The position numbers were made by a program, and so were the translations under genes. The notes beneath the pieces were generated by a model that worked only from the letters and a program-made list of their open reading frames with translations, made no database searches and was not told the DNA's origin. A stretch of 64,000 nt of DNA from Eledone cirrhosa. Its lineage: Eukaryota. Shown here piece after piece: positions 52,440 to 64,000 of the stretch; the stretch's first letter is position 1, and each line of letters opens with the position of its first letter. The stretch spans positions 28,210,001-28,274,000 of the forward strand of contig OZ024743.1 of assembly GCA_964016885.1 (NCBI GenBank). Reading direction: 5' to 3'.

Positions 52440-55400
52440 ATTATTATTGTAATCTCAAGTTTTCTCAAAATGTTTCATTCAAATATTAAGGAAATATTTC
52501 AACATGTATATTAAACATAGGCGACAAACCGCATAGATATACAGATCAAACAAACGCATTCTACCCCTCTAGTCTTGGTTGCAACTCGTTCTAGGAGTGG
52601 TAACACGAAATGATTACCCCTTGGCGGTTAAGGATAAAATGCAACAAAATAAATCCAATGACAAATGATAAAATTTCATACCGCATCGGCCGTCACCCGG
52701 GTCAAAAAGGGCCGCGTCCCGCACAGAAGAACCAGACTGGGCTCGAAAAATCAGCTAATGGTTCAAACCTTCCCATCACTTCGGAGCTGGAGACCTCCCA
52801 TAACCGGAATACTCCTACTGTTGGCCCTCCATGCTCATCACAAAGAAATCCAAAGGAAAAGAGAGAAAAATGGTCAAGGGAAGACAATAAAGAGGTCCTT
52901 GAGGCTGCCATGTACGACCCAGATAGAATACAGAATAGATCAAATACAGAACAGACGTATATCAACTGAAAAAAGAAACATCCCGAAAACAGAGGCTATA
53001 TTGACAGTAACAAATTAGCTATTATACGAAGAAATATTGTTAAGAAAAAGTTACTAACTGATATAGAAATTGATCAGATAAAGCTAGTAGCGCAAAGTCA
53101 GCGAAGGGAAAATGAATCATGTGTCAGTGAAAACGAGGTAAATTTTATCACTTCAAATCCCAGGGTTGGGGCGGAATCACTGACAACAGAACAAATTAAA
53201 GAAAGGATCGAAAAAGCGAAAGGAGTGCATGCTCAAGATTAAACTCAAAATGAAAACAATGAGATCGTCAATGATAAAGAAATGAATGAGAATGAATTCG
53301 CCAACTTGAAGAATGAAATTATGATCGAATGGATGAAAATGAAAGAATCTGACATGGAGGAACGAGACACCCTCCCTAAGATCCAGAACTCCAAACAAAA
53401 CCAAAGGTTAAAAAACATTATCATCACAAATAAACTAAACTGATCTAAATCATCTCTATTATGCATCGGCTTATGTGGAGTGAAGATGAAAATACAAAGG
53501 AATTCCCACAAAAAATCTACTTGGCAAGAGAACATCAATCGCCAAATAAACTTTCTCCGATCTGACATAGAAATTTTAACAAACTAAACTTAGAAAATTG
53601 AAAAGAAAATACAGTATAAAATCAACAAGTGAGATGGACATGCTGATAGAAACAATCAAGCAAATCGTGTCGGCCAAAGCTGCTCGTATAAGGCACTTTG
53701 AAAAACGATCTAGATTCTATAAGGACAATAATATGTTCAAAAACAACCAAAGAAATTTCTACAGAAAAATTGGCAAGTCAACAATAACTGCTAAATCAAT
53801 ACCACCCAAGGAGGAAGTGCTAGAGTTCTGGGAAAAGATCTGGGCCGAAGAAAAAGTTCATAATATACATGCCCCATGGATAGACAGACAAATGAAAGAT
53901 ACATCTCACCTTGAGGAACAAACATAGGAAAATATAACAGTTGAACATCTGCGTTTGCAATATTATCCACTCTGAAGCAGTTCAGTGATATTAAAATGGA
54001 GTTTGGACTAGACAAATGCGCCAAAGCCACGTTCACCAGAGGAAAGCTGCTGAAAAGTTCATACATTAATCTTGATTGGGAGAATGTGATAAGATAACTT
54101 GATCAAGAGGAAACTTACAAATATCTAGGTGTTTGTGAAGGAGACGGAATCAAGCACTCGACAATGATGGAAAGGATAAAGAAGGAATGCTACCGCAGAG
54201 TAAGAGCAATTTTAAGAACGGAATTGAATGCAATGAATAGGATTGATGCCATAAACACGCTTGCCATACCAGTAGTAACCTACAGTTACAATGTCATCAA
54301 CTGGTCAAGCACAGAGATCCGTAGGCTCGATACAAAAATTAGAAAATTCTTAACCATGCACAGAATGCATCACCCTAAGGCAGATAAGATACAGATAGAA
54401 TATATCTCCCTAGGAAAGAAGGAGGACGTGGATTAATCCAGTTATATATTGCTTTGAGAACTGCAACAATTGGATTATCTACATATCTGAGGGAATCACA
54501 TGATTGAGTGATCAAACTCGTTTTGAAACATGAAAGCATCAACAGATCATACTCCATTACAAAAGATGCACAAAGATACAGTAATGAACAATAAATTTCA
54601 GAAGTTCCATTTACTGCTGAAATGAAAAACACAGAAAAAGCGAAGCAGGTAAAAGTAACTGCAAAGAAAGAACTGCTACAGAAACTGGCTAAGAAATGGC
54701 AAGAAAGAGCTAACAATCCTGATGTTGACAAAATGTTAACCCATCAGTGGTTGGCATCCTCTGGACTGAAATCGGAGACTGAACGACTGATTATATCACC
54801 ACAAGATAAGTGTCTGCCAACAAAAAATTACCAAGCCAACATAATAAAAAATGGATGCAACCCATTATGCCGTGTATGTAAAAAGTAACCAGAGACAATT
54901 GATCATATAATTTCAATGCGCAGTCCTATAGCTCCAACCGAATACCTAAACAGGCATGACAGGGCTGCACAATACAAACATTGGATAATGTGTAAGCCTT
55001 TTGACCTGCCCCATCAAAAGAATTGGTGGGAGCATCAACCACCTCCCGTACTTGAAAAAGATCACATCTCAATCTTGTGAAACTTTAACTTCCAAACAGA
55101 CCGAAAAATAGATGCAAATAGACCTGATATAATACTGAAGGACTTTAAAAAGAGGGTATGCCTGCTAATTGATGCGTCCGTTCCAATAGACAAGAATGTA
55201 TGTATAAAAACATTTAAAAATTGAGCAAGTATAAGGACCTGGAGATAGAAATGGGAAAAATGTGGAAATTGAGAACTAAAACAATACCAGTGGTTGTAGG
55301 CGCTCTAGGAATGATACCTAAGGGGTTTAATGATTACTTATAGCAAATTCCAGGAAACCCGCGTATAGGAGAAATACAAAAGATTGTACTAATGAGAACT

Positions 55401-55578
55401 GCCCATATACGAAGGAAGATTCTGTCAATATAAGTACATCACAAGTCTAAACACCTAAAGATGCATGTGTGTGTATGTATGTTCTTTCTTGAACATGGCG
55501 GACTTTGTTGTCTCTTGATGTCACTGGTTGTGACTTGGTGATAACTCGTATGAACATAAAGCAAGATAAATGCAACTG
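52440..55578 (+). pseudogene. Degraded second R4/Dong family copy with RT-core deletion
   Basis: KREKWSRED, KRKYSIK..SAKAARIRHFEKR, a jump near 53950 to FSDIKMEFGLDKC, then CRVC, RHD and NRPDII. Many stops; ends in (AAT)n. Confidence 0.88.
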
Positions 55579-55597
55579 TAATAATAATAATAATAAT

Positions 55598-56144
55598 GAT
55601 TTCATTTATTAGCAACGAGGGCCGACATGTAGGGGACAATACAAAGACGGACAGTGGGGGGTTTACAATAAGGTCGAGTAAAAGTGCACACTGGCAAGAC
55701 TTATTTAACAATGAAGATATAAATATATAAAATAAACTATGCATAAATATAACAAAATAAATTCCCCGATAGGGGGTGGACGACCCTGGGGTGACTCGGG
55801 TAACCACTAATCCTGAACCACCCTGCGCTTCTAGGGCACCCAGGGAGAGCACCCCTCTCCTCAAGTTAGCTAGCCTATAGGCGCATGGTCAGAGTAGGCC
55901 CATTCACACGAGCCATTCTCGCCACATTCATCCACCTTTTAGAAAATGTACGGGGGGGGGGCAGCACTTCTCTCTCCACCCTCACCTTCCTTTCCAGGTG
56001 AAACTTGAAGAAGTTGATGAGAGATTGGCCGAAGAGAAAAGTGTCTGTCTTCAGTCCTTTTAATCTGGTCCACCATATAACCTCTTTCGCAACTGCCACC
56101 AGACAGAGGAAAATGTCCTGCTCTTCCTGACCTAAGGAAGGCGG
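55598..56144 (-). mobile_element. 5'-truncated Tx1 copy (family of element C) flanked by (ATT)n
   Basis: AVAKEVIWWTRLKGL..RVNGPTLTMRL* plus a 3'UTR ending AATAAATGAAATC(ATT)n. Confidence 0.9.
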
Positions 56145-56579
56145 AATAATAATAATAATATATATTTTATATATATTTACCCATTACAATCGCTGTTTAC
56201 ATATTATTATTTGAAGAAAAGAAACAGACATAGACCGGAAAACAGTTTATTTCGGGGGATAAGTTCTGTTTAATCAAAGATCCGACTAATTATTATGCAA
56301 TCATCTCTGTGGCTGAAGATGTGAAAGGTGCATATATATATTTCAAATATTTTTCCAATACAATTCTCTTTTTTTTACATTTCGGTCGATTGTGACTAAA
56401 TTTCAGATTTTGAAAGGAAAATGGACAGTTGAAAGATCACTTCTCTCTCCCACCACCACATTCACAAGCACTTCCTCACACATTCACACCAGTAAATCCC
56501 CAATCTATTTTTAGACTACTGTCACTGACTGCTACCTACCTCCCTTCTCAGTGTCTAATGTGTGGGTATATATATATAC

Positions 56580-59500
56580 CTTCTCTCTCCACCCTCACCT
56601 TCCTTTCCAGGTGAAACTTGAAGAAGTTGATGAGGGATTGGCTGAAGAGAAAAGTGTATGTCTTTAGTCCTTTCAACCTGGTCCACCATATAACCTCTTT
56701 CGCAACTGCCACCAGACAGAGGAAAATTTCCTGCTCTTCCTGACCTAAGGAAGGCGGTGGATCGATCTTCACTATGGACTCGGCCGATAGCCGGATTCGT
56801 TCTACACGCGACAGTAGCTGTTCGACATAACTCCACAAGTCAGTAAGGCACGGACATTGGACAAGTGCGTGCAGAACGGTTTCGTCGTTCTGTGCGCATC
56901 TTGGGCAGGTCCGTCTGACAGCACTTCCGTGCCTGTAGAGTTTATCCCGAACCGGCAGTACCCCTCGGTAACACTGCCAAGCGAGGGATTTCTAGAAATT
57001 GTCCATCGTCCCCGGCTCAAAAGTCCTCCGGTACAGACTGGTCAGTTCGACTTCGTCGAGGCCCAAAGCTTCTCCGAGTGCGTCATCGCACTTGCCCACC
57101 ACTAATCCTCTATAGAACTCGAGAGTGGAAGTTCCACTGATCGCATTGCCCGCTTGGTAGAGGGTAGAGAGTGCCAGGCAACATTCCAGGTACCAGTCAC
57201 CCAGTCTCGGTCTCTTCTTGACCCAGGACTGCAGCTCAGTCAAAGAAATGAGCTGCGGAAAGGCCCGTCTGATAAACGGCGACCACACCTGTTCACCGTT
57301 GAGGCAGAATATCTGGAGATGTCTCAGCCTCAACGCATGTCTGCGCATCATTAGCCACGGCATGCCAAGCCCTCCGCGTAGAGGGTGCTGGCAGCAGATG
57401 GACCGCCTCACCAACGGAACTTGTCCCCTCCACAAGAATTTGAAGAGGAGCCGTTCCAGCTTGACGAGGCGCGGACGGGGGCAAGGCACGACGGTCAGGC
57501 GGTAGTAGATGACAGGCGCGATGTACGCATTCACCACCTCCGCGCGACCTTTCAGTGATAGCTTCCTCCCAGCCCATTTTTGGGTGAGACTGGCTACTCT
57601 GCTCGTTACCTCGTCCCAATTCTTTTCCACCTGGAGGTCTGGTCCGAACCAAACCCCGAGCAACTTTACCGGTCCGTCCGTCCAGCGCCCCACGACGCTG
57701 TTGGACGGCATGGGCTTGCCTCTCCAGGTTCCGAGCTGCAAGCCCACCGACTTTTCCGGGTTAAGTTTGGCTCCTGTCAACCTTTCATATTCCTTCAATA
57801 AGGTGCCGACCACCTCGATTTCTGAGGTGTTCGACACCATCACGGTGATGTCGTCCGCATAAGCCGACACCGCCTTTCCACGTCCCGGTTCGAGCGGGAT
57901 GCCCTGCAACAGCTCCAGCTTCCGCAGTAAAGGCTCGAGAGTCAATACGTACAGAAGGGAAGAGAGAGGGCACCCTTGACGGACCGATCGGGAGAGCCTA
58001 AATGGTTCCGAGAGGTGGCCATTAACCTTGACCACCGAGCATGTGTCGTTGTGCATTGCAACGATCCAGCTTCTAAAGACAGGGCCGAAGCCAGCTGCTT
58101 TGAGGACAAACTCCAGATACCGATGGTCGACCCTATCAAATGCTTTCGATTGATCTAAATTGATCAGGGCCCCACCGAAGCCAGGTTTACATCCTACCCT
58201 CTCTATGATGTATCGCATGAGGTGGAGATTGTCGTGTATGGACCTGGCTGCGATTGCACAAGTTTGCGCCTCCCCAACCAAATCCTCGACGACAAGCGCC
58301 AATCTCTTTTCTAACACCTTGGCCAAAATCTTAAACTCTGTGTTGAGCAGAGTTATGGGCCTGAAGTTGTCTAATGTATCCCTCTTGTTCTCATCTTTCC
58401 TTATCAGCGTCACCACTTCCCTGCTCACAGAACTGGGAATACTCCCATTCTGCTGCCAGTTGCAGTAGAGTGCTTCGAGGAGTTCGGAGAACATGTCTGG
58501 CATATTTACGTAAAGCTCGTAGGGCAGGCCATCCAAACCGGGTGACTTGCGCCTCATGCAGCCGACAAGGGCGTCCTGAATTTCGGCTGAAGTAATCGGC
58601 CTTTCGCAGCGCTCAGCGTCGACCGTCGAGATGCGCGGCAAGCCGTCAAGGTAGGGACTGAAATCCGCTACTCTCTCTGACTCGCCACTCTCTCTGAACA
58701 ACCGAGCAAAGTGCTGGCGAAAGGTCTCACACATCCGCTTGGAATCGCTTATCTCGTGTCCGTCTCGGTCCGCCAAAGACCGAATTGTGGTTTTATTACC
58801 ACGCTGCGCCTCCACCACGCGGGCCCATCGAACAGCTTTAGTTCCCTCGTTTCTCAGCGCACGCGCCTTAGTTCTGACAATGCAACCTTCGTGTTTGGCA
58901 TTGAAGAAATGGTCTAATGCCATTCTCGCCGCTTGCACGTCAGTTGCGATGCCACTACAAATAGCCTCGTCTAACTTATCTACCAGCTCCCCTTCCTTTC
59001 TATTTTTCTCTAACGCTAGTTCTTTGCTGAACTCTGTCGAAGTTACTCTAATCTCTCTTTTGAGAGCCACCCACCATCTGTTGTTGATGATCCCCCCTAT
59101 CAACTTTTGCTTAACTAAATTGTTGACTCGGTCCCTGTAAGCCTTACGTGCCGGAAATGACATGTTCAGCTTCCAGTAACCCGGTCCTAACCTACGCGTT
59201 TTATTTAGGTCGACCGTACAGATCACAAATTTGTGATCTGAATAGGCGACCGTTTTAAAAAGTGGACAGCCCACACTATTTCTATCTATTTTCCTAATGA
59301 AGATCCTGTCTATATACGATCTAGATGACCCCATTCGGTTGGTCCATGTCCATACTGGCACAGTGGGGAAATCTCGTCGATACCTGTCAGACAGTTGGAA
59401 CTGGCTGAGTAGGTGCTTGAGGCTTTTGCACCCCCCGCTCCTATCGGCTACTCCCACACAATCCCAGCGTGCGTCTAAGATGCCATTCCAGTCCCCCGCT

Positions 59501-62120
59501 AACAGTAAAGGGCGAGACGTACCCAGAAAGGTCTCCAGGCGCCTAAAGAAGTCAGGTCGTCCGGCCCCTGTAGGGGCGTAGACGGCCAGCAGTCTAAAGG
59601 CACCACCTTCGCTACTGCTCACATCCAAGACCACCAACTTACCGTCCGGGTCCCGGAAGATCGACCTTATCTCGAGATCCAGTCCTTTCCTAAACAGCAC
59701 TGCTACCCCACCCCCCATTCCCGGCCTGCTAACAGATGCGAAGATCTGATAGTCGTCGAAAATGGGGGTAGTGCGCGCGTGTCGGAAATTCTGGTCTCGC
59801 TTACGGCAATCACATCGATTTCCAGCGACCGGAGGTCGTTGAGCAGGCGACCCTGCTTCCAGGGTGACCCCAGGCCGCGAACATTTAAACTTCCTACTCT
59901 TAATATGGCCATATTGGTAAGCTAAGAGAGAGAGAGGGAAGGTTTACTTACCTCCCGGGTCTTGTGAAGGTCGGGTGGTTCGACCTCCATGGTTGGTGGG
60001 GTTTCTTTTGGGAACCTCTTTAAAAGTCTTGATGTAGGTTTCACATTCGGGGTTCCCACGTCTTGAGGAAAGCTCTCTCGAATTTCTTTGAAGGAATTGA
60101 GTGACATTCGGACCAGAAGCAAATCTTCTGGCACGCAAAATGTGCTCATTTCAAAAATCTCCCCCTGTTTGAATGTCCTCGCTTCGCGCTAACAGGGCCA
60201 TCAGTTTATCGTTGGCCCTTCTGACAAGCACGAAGTTTTTAACATTTTGTTGGTGTGGTTTTATTTGTTTTCGTTTTGGCGAAGGTGGTGGCGATGGTTT
60301 TGGTGGTGTTGTTTCGGGTATGTCTATGTTTGTTGTAGGTGTGGTGTCTGCAATTTCAGGTATTTGTGTGTTTATTTGTACTTGTGTTTGTTTACGTTGT
60401 TTCCGTTTCGGGGATTGTGGAGGTGGTGTCGATGTTGCTGTTGGTGATGATGTTATTGGGGAAGTGTTTGCGTTAGTGGTGTCTGTATTTTTTGTTGTGT
60501 GTTTTTGTGTTTTGTTAGGGCTTTTTTTTGTGAGTTTTCTCTGTTTTTTTGCACTTTTGGGTTTTCCTTCATCTTCGCTGCTGGAAGACAAAGGGTCTGT
60601 GTCTGTGAGTGTCTCTGTGTCTGTGTGTGCGTTTATTGTTTTGTCTATGTGTATAATTGGGGGGGGGGGGGGAGCTTTCCTAATTTTCTCCTTGGATTGG
60701 TTTTGGTGTTGGTGGTGATCCGGCTGCTTTTTATGTTGGTGTCAGTGTTTTTGTTGATGTTGTTTTTGGTGGTGGTGGTGGTGCAGCTTTCCGTGCTGAC
60801 ACTGGCGTTGGCAACAAAGGTGGTTTGCGACCCCCTGCCTTTTTGCGCTGAGGGCAGAAGGCTTGAAGATGCGTTGCTTCCCCGCAGACGAAGTAGCATG
60901 GCCTTCTTCCGTCAATCATTAGTTGGATTGTTGTCCCGTCCTGCAGGCGGGTAAAATCCGGGATGTTATTCATATCCTCCGGTTTCATTTGGAGAAGAAT
61001 CTCCAAATCCATTCCGGACCAGTCCTCTCTCTCTGTCCTTTTGATGTCCAGGAGGGTAGTGTCTGTCCCCTCCTCGATTACGCATCCCAGCAGCCACCAT
61101 ATGTTCATTCCTGGTGGGATGCTGGGAATGCGTACCTTCACTGTCCTTTTACCCATATAGGACGGATGCATGATAATGCGTTCCGTTCTGCAGGGGGTCA
61201 CCGATGCTTAATAGCGAGGGCCTCGGTTTTGAACAGTACCGAGATGGTACCGAACTGTTTGCCTCTTGCTTTGTACTCTATGTTACTTCCCATGTTCTCC
61301 AAAGCAGCCTCTACCTCTGCTTGGCTCGCAAGTTCCACTTTTCGTGTCTGCACCGAAATACATCGAAAGAACACCGTCCTCCTTTGCATGGCCGCTATTG
61401 CCTCGTCCGGGATGGTCAGGTTTGCCCAGGACTTCTCCCGTTTAATTAGCCTCCACGCTTTGGCCAACTGTTCGTCTTTATCGCTAATATCAATATCAAT
61501 ATTCAATAAGCGCTTTGTTTTTGCTGCTGCAGCAGCAAATGTGGTGTTTCTGATGCTCTTATTGTTGTTGTTGTCATTCTTGCTGTTGTTATTGGTGTTG
61601 CCACCGCCATCCTTGTTTACATTGAAGCTTTCGGTGTTATTGTCGTTATTGCTCTGAGTTGTTGTTGTTGTGGTGGTGGTGGTGGCGGTGGTGGCGGTGG
61701 CAGTGATGTCGTTTTCAAATGATACTGCTGCTATCACAGTAGGTTGTGACGGTAGCTTTTGAGTTTTGCCTTCACATTCAGTAGAGTGGAAGACAGGCAT
61801 AACTGTAGCCGTCGTCGTCGTGGTGAAATCTACAGTGGCTGCCGTTAAACTTTTGACCTGAACGTTGTTTACCGTTTCAAGGTCGAACATTTCCATAATT
61901 TTCTTTTGGTGGGAAGTGATTTTTTTCGAAGTTTTTAAAAATAAATCTGAATATTCGGGCTTAAAGCCCGAATATTGAGAGGTATCCTTCTCTTTAAATC
62001 AAGATGTTTACCTTAAGTTTCGTTAACGACAAGAAAATACAAAAAATGACACTTTAAAACAGCTTAAAGTTACGAACCTTTTCCCCCGCAGATTTGTACT
62101 GTCTTCACACATGTGCGGCC
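56580..62120 (-). mobile_element. Tx1-clade L1 (element C), complete 5' end but missing 3' end
   Basis: ORF1 pieces 61896-59922. ORF2 starts at 59912 with a 908-aa open stretch (59718-56992) and a CAG>TAG stop at 56992. (ATT)n at the 5' end. Confidence 0.93.
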
Positions 62121-62149
62121 ATAATAATAATAATAATAATAATAATAAT

Positions 62150-62433
62150 GCTTTCTTTATTAACCACAAGGGTTTACACAAAGTAGACATTAAGGACAGT
62201 ACAGGACAATACTGGACGGTACAAAAGGGCATTTCTGCGTGTAAAAAAAAACAAAAAAAAACAGAGGATGTAATAATAGAACAATGAAAAAACTCCTCAG
62301 TAAGGGGGAGACTTCAGAGGGACATTCGTGGAGAAAGCCCATTAAAAAGCCACAGTGACCCTGACCACGAGGGCAAGTGCCCTCTCCCAGTTTTCCACCT
62401 TTAATTTACAGACACATACTCAGAGGCCCATTC
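62150..62433 (-). mobile_element. Short 5'-truncated copy of the element B family (3'UTR)
   Basis: Matches 40543-40815, with (ATT)n on both sides. Confidence 0.9.
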
Positions 62434-62465
<32 letters not shown>

Positions 62466-62467
<2 letters not shown>

Positions 62468-64000
62468 TTTCTTTATTGGCTACAAGGGCTGACATCAAGA
62501 AAAACATTACAGACGGCACAGGACGGTACAGGGCGGTACGATGTGGGTTTTGTGCGTGTAAATATTTTTATTATTTATATAAGAAAAGAAGAAAAAAAAG
62601 ACATATTAACATATATATATATATATAAACAATGAAAATGAAAATTGAAACAATGAAAAATTCCCCAATAGGGGGGAAACCCCCGCGGGTTACTCCTGGC
62701 GAAAACCACACAAAAGACCACGGCCACACTGACCACCAGGGCAAGCGCCCTCTCTCAATTTTTCCATTTCTCAAACTACAGACGTATATTCAGAGTGGTC
62801 CCGTTCACTCGGACCATTCTCGCTACATTCACCCACCTTTCAACAAACTTGCGAGAAGGCAGCCTTGCCTCTCTACCCTGATTTTCCTCTTCAAGTGAAA
62901 CTTGAAAAAGTTAATTGGGGATTCGCCGAAAAGGAAAGTGTCTGTCTTTAACTCTTTCAACCTTGTCCACCACACAATCTCTTTCGCCATGGCCACCAGG
63001 CAGATGAAAACCGCCTGCCCTTCCTCCTCGAAGGAAGATGGCCAGACCATCTGCACAATGGACTCAGTCGATAACCGGATCAGCCCTACACGCGACAGCA
63101 ACTGTTCGACATAGCTCCACAAGTCAGCAATGCTTGGGCACTGAACGAGTGCGTGCACGACTGTTTCGTCTCTCTGCGCGCATCTCAGACAGGCTCGGCT
63201 GACGGCACTTCCGTTCCTGTAGAGCTTATCTCGAACCGGCAACGCTCCCCGGTAACACTGTCCTCTATAGAACGTCGAGGTGGATGTTCCACCTATACTG
63301 GTGCCCAGCTGGCAGAGGGCAGTGAGCGCCTGGAGACATTCCAGTTTCCAAGCGCTATCCCTCGGTCTTTTCCTAACCCAGGATTGCAGCTCCGTCAAGG
63401 AGACGAGCTGTGAGAAAACGTGCCTGGCGAACGGCGACCACACCTGTTCACCGTCGAGGAAGCACCAGCTCATGTTTGCGCATCATCAGCCATGGCATGC
63501 CCAGTCCTCCACGCAACGAGTGTTGACAGCAGATGGATCGTCTGACCATGGGAGCACGTCCCTACCACAAAAAGCGGAAGAGGAGGCGCTCCATTTTGAT
63601 GAGAGTTTGGCAGGGGCAAGGGACGATGGTGAGGCGGTAGCAGATGACGGATGCGATGTACGCATTAGCCACCTCCGCCCGGCCTTTCAGGGACAGCTTC
63701 CTCTCGGCCCATTTCTGAGTGAGGGACGCCACCTTGCTCGTCAACTCGCTCCAGTTCTTCTCCATCTAGAGGTCCGGTCCGAACCAGACCCCGAGTAATT
63801 TAACTGGTCCTTCCGTCCAACGCCCCACGACGCTGTCGAACGGCATGGACGGTGCCGAGCTGCAAGCCCACCGACTTTTCTTGGTTTATCTTTGCTCCTG
63901 TCACCGCTTCGTATTACTTGAGAGCGGTGCCGAGCATCTGGACGTGTCTGGTGCTCCATACCACCACGGTGACGTCGTCGGCGTAAACCGACTCGGATTT
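62466..64000 (-). mobile_element. Further Tx1 subfamily (element D), 3' part, runs off the window
   Basis: YADD at the window edge, EKNWSELT, MAKEIVWWTRLK, and a distinct 3'UTR ending CCCTTGTAGCCAATAAAGAAATC(ATT)n. Confidence 0.92.

Noticed and set aside
60923-61657. Antisense ORFs within LINEs (e.g. 244 aa here, also 44541-45113)
   Set aside because: They are shadows of low-complexity or GC-rich coding strands and are not conserved between related elements.
40414-64000. Telomeric retrotransposon array
   Set aside because: There are no TTAGGG-type repeats and elements occur in both orientations.

Overview
This is AT-rich, microsatellite-saturated animal DNA. The SINE and repeat content looks cephalopod/octopus-like, which is an inference and not a database result. 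No host protein-coding exon could be supported. The window is a retroelement island in which each family sits next to its own simple repeat. (1) Tx1-clade L1 LINEs (APE-RT-CCHC): three near-full-length copies plus fragments. All but one are embedded in (ATT)n; the exception is in (TATC)n. (2) R4/Dong-type RLE LINEs in (AAT)n, including an uninterrupted 1130-aa ORF (47541-50933) with a tandem 3' duplicate. (3) Penelope-like (GIY-YIG) elements with inverted pseudo-LTRs, and RTE remnants, next to (TA)n. (4) A tRNA-derived SINE whose 3' end resembles the Tx1 3' end. Signals not visible in the ORF track: several minimal type I hammerhead ribozymes, including a head-to-tail ~445-bp repeat with one hammerhead per unit (retrozyme/circRNA candidate); a U1-complementary AG|GTAAGT motif at the ORF1/ORF2 junction of three diverged Tx1 families; a shared 5'UTR hairpin; and a strictly antiparallel Tx1/Dong array covering about 40.4-64 kb.
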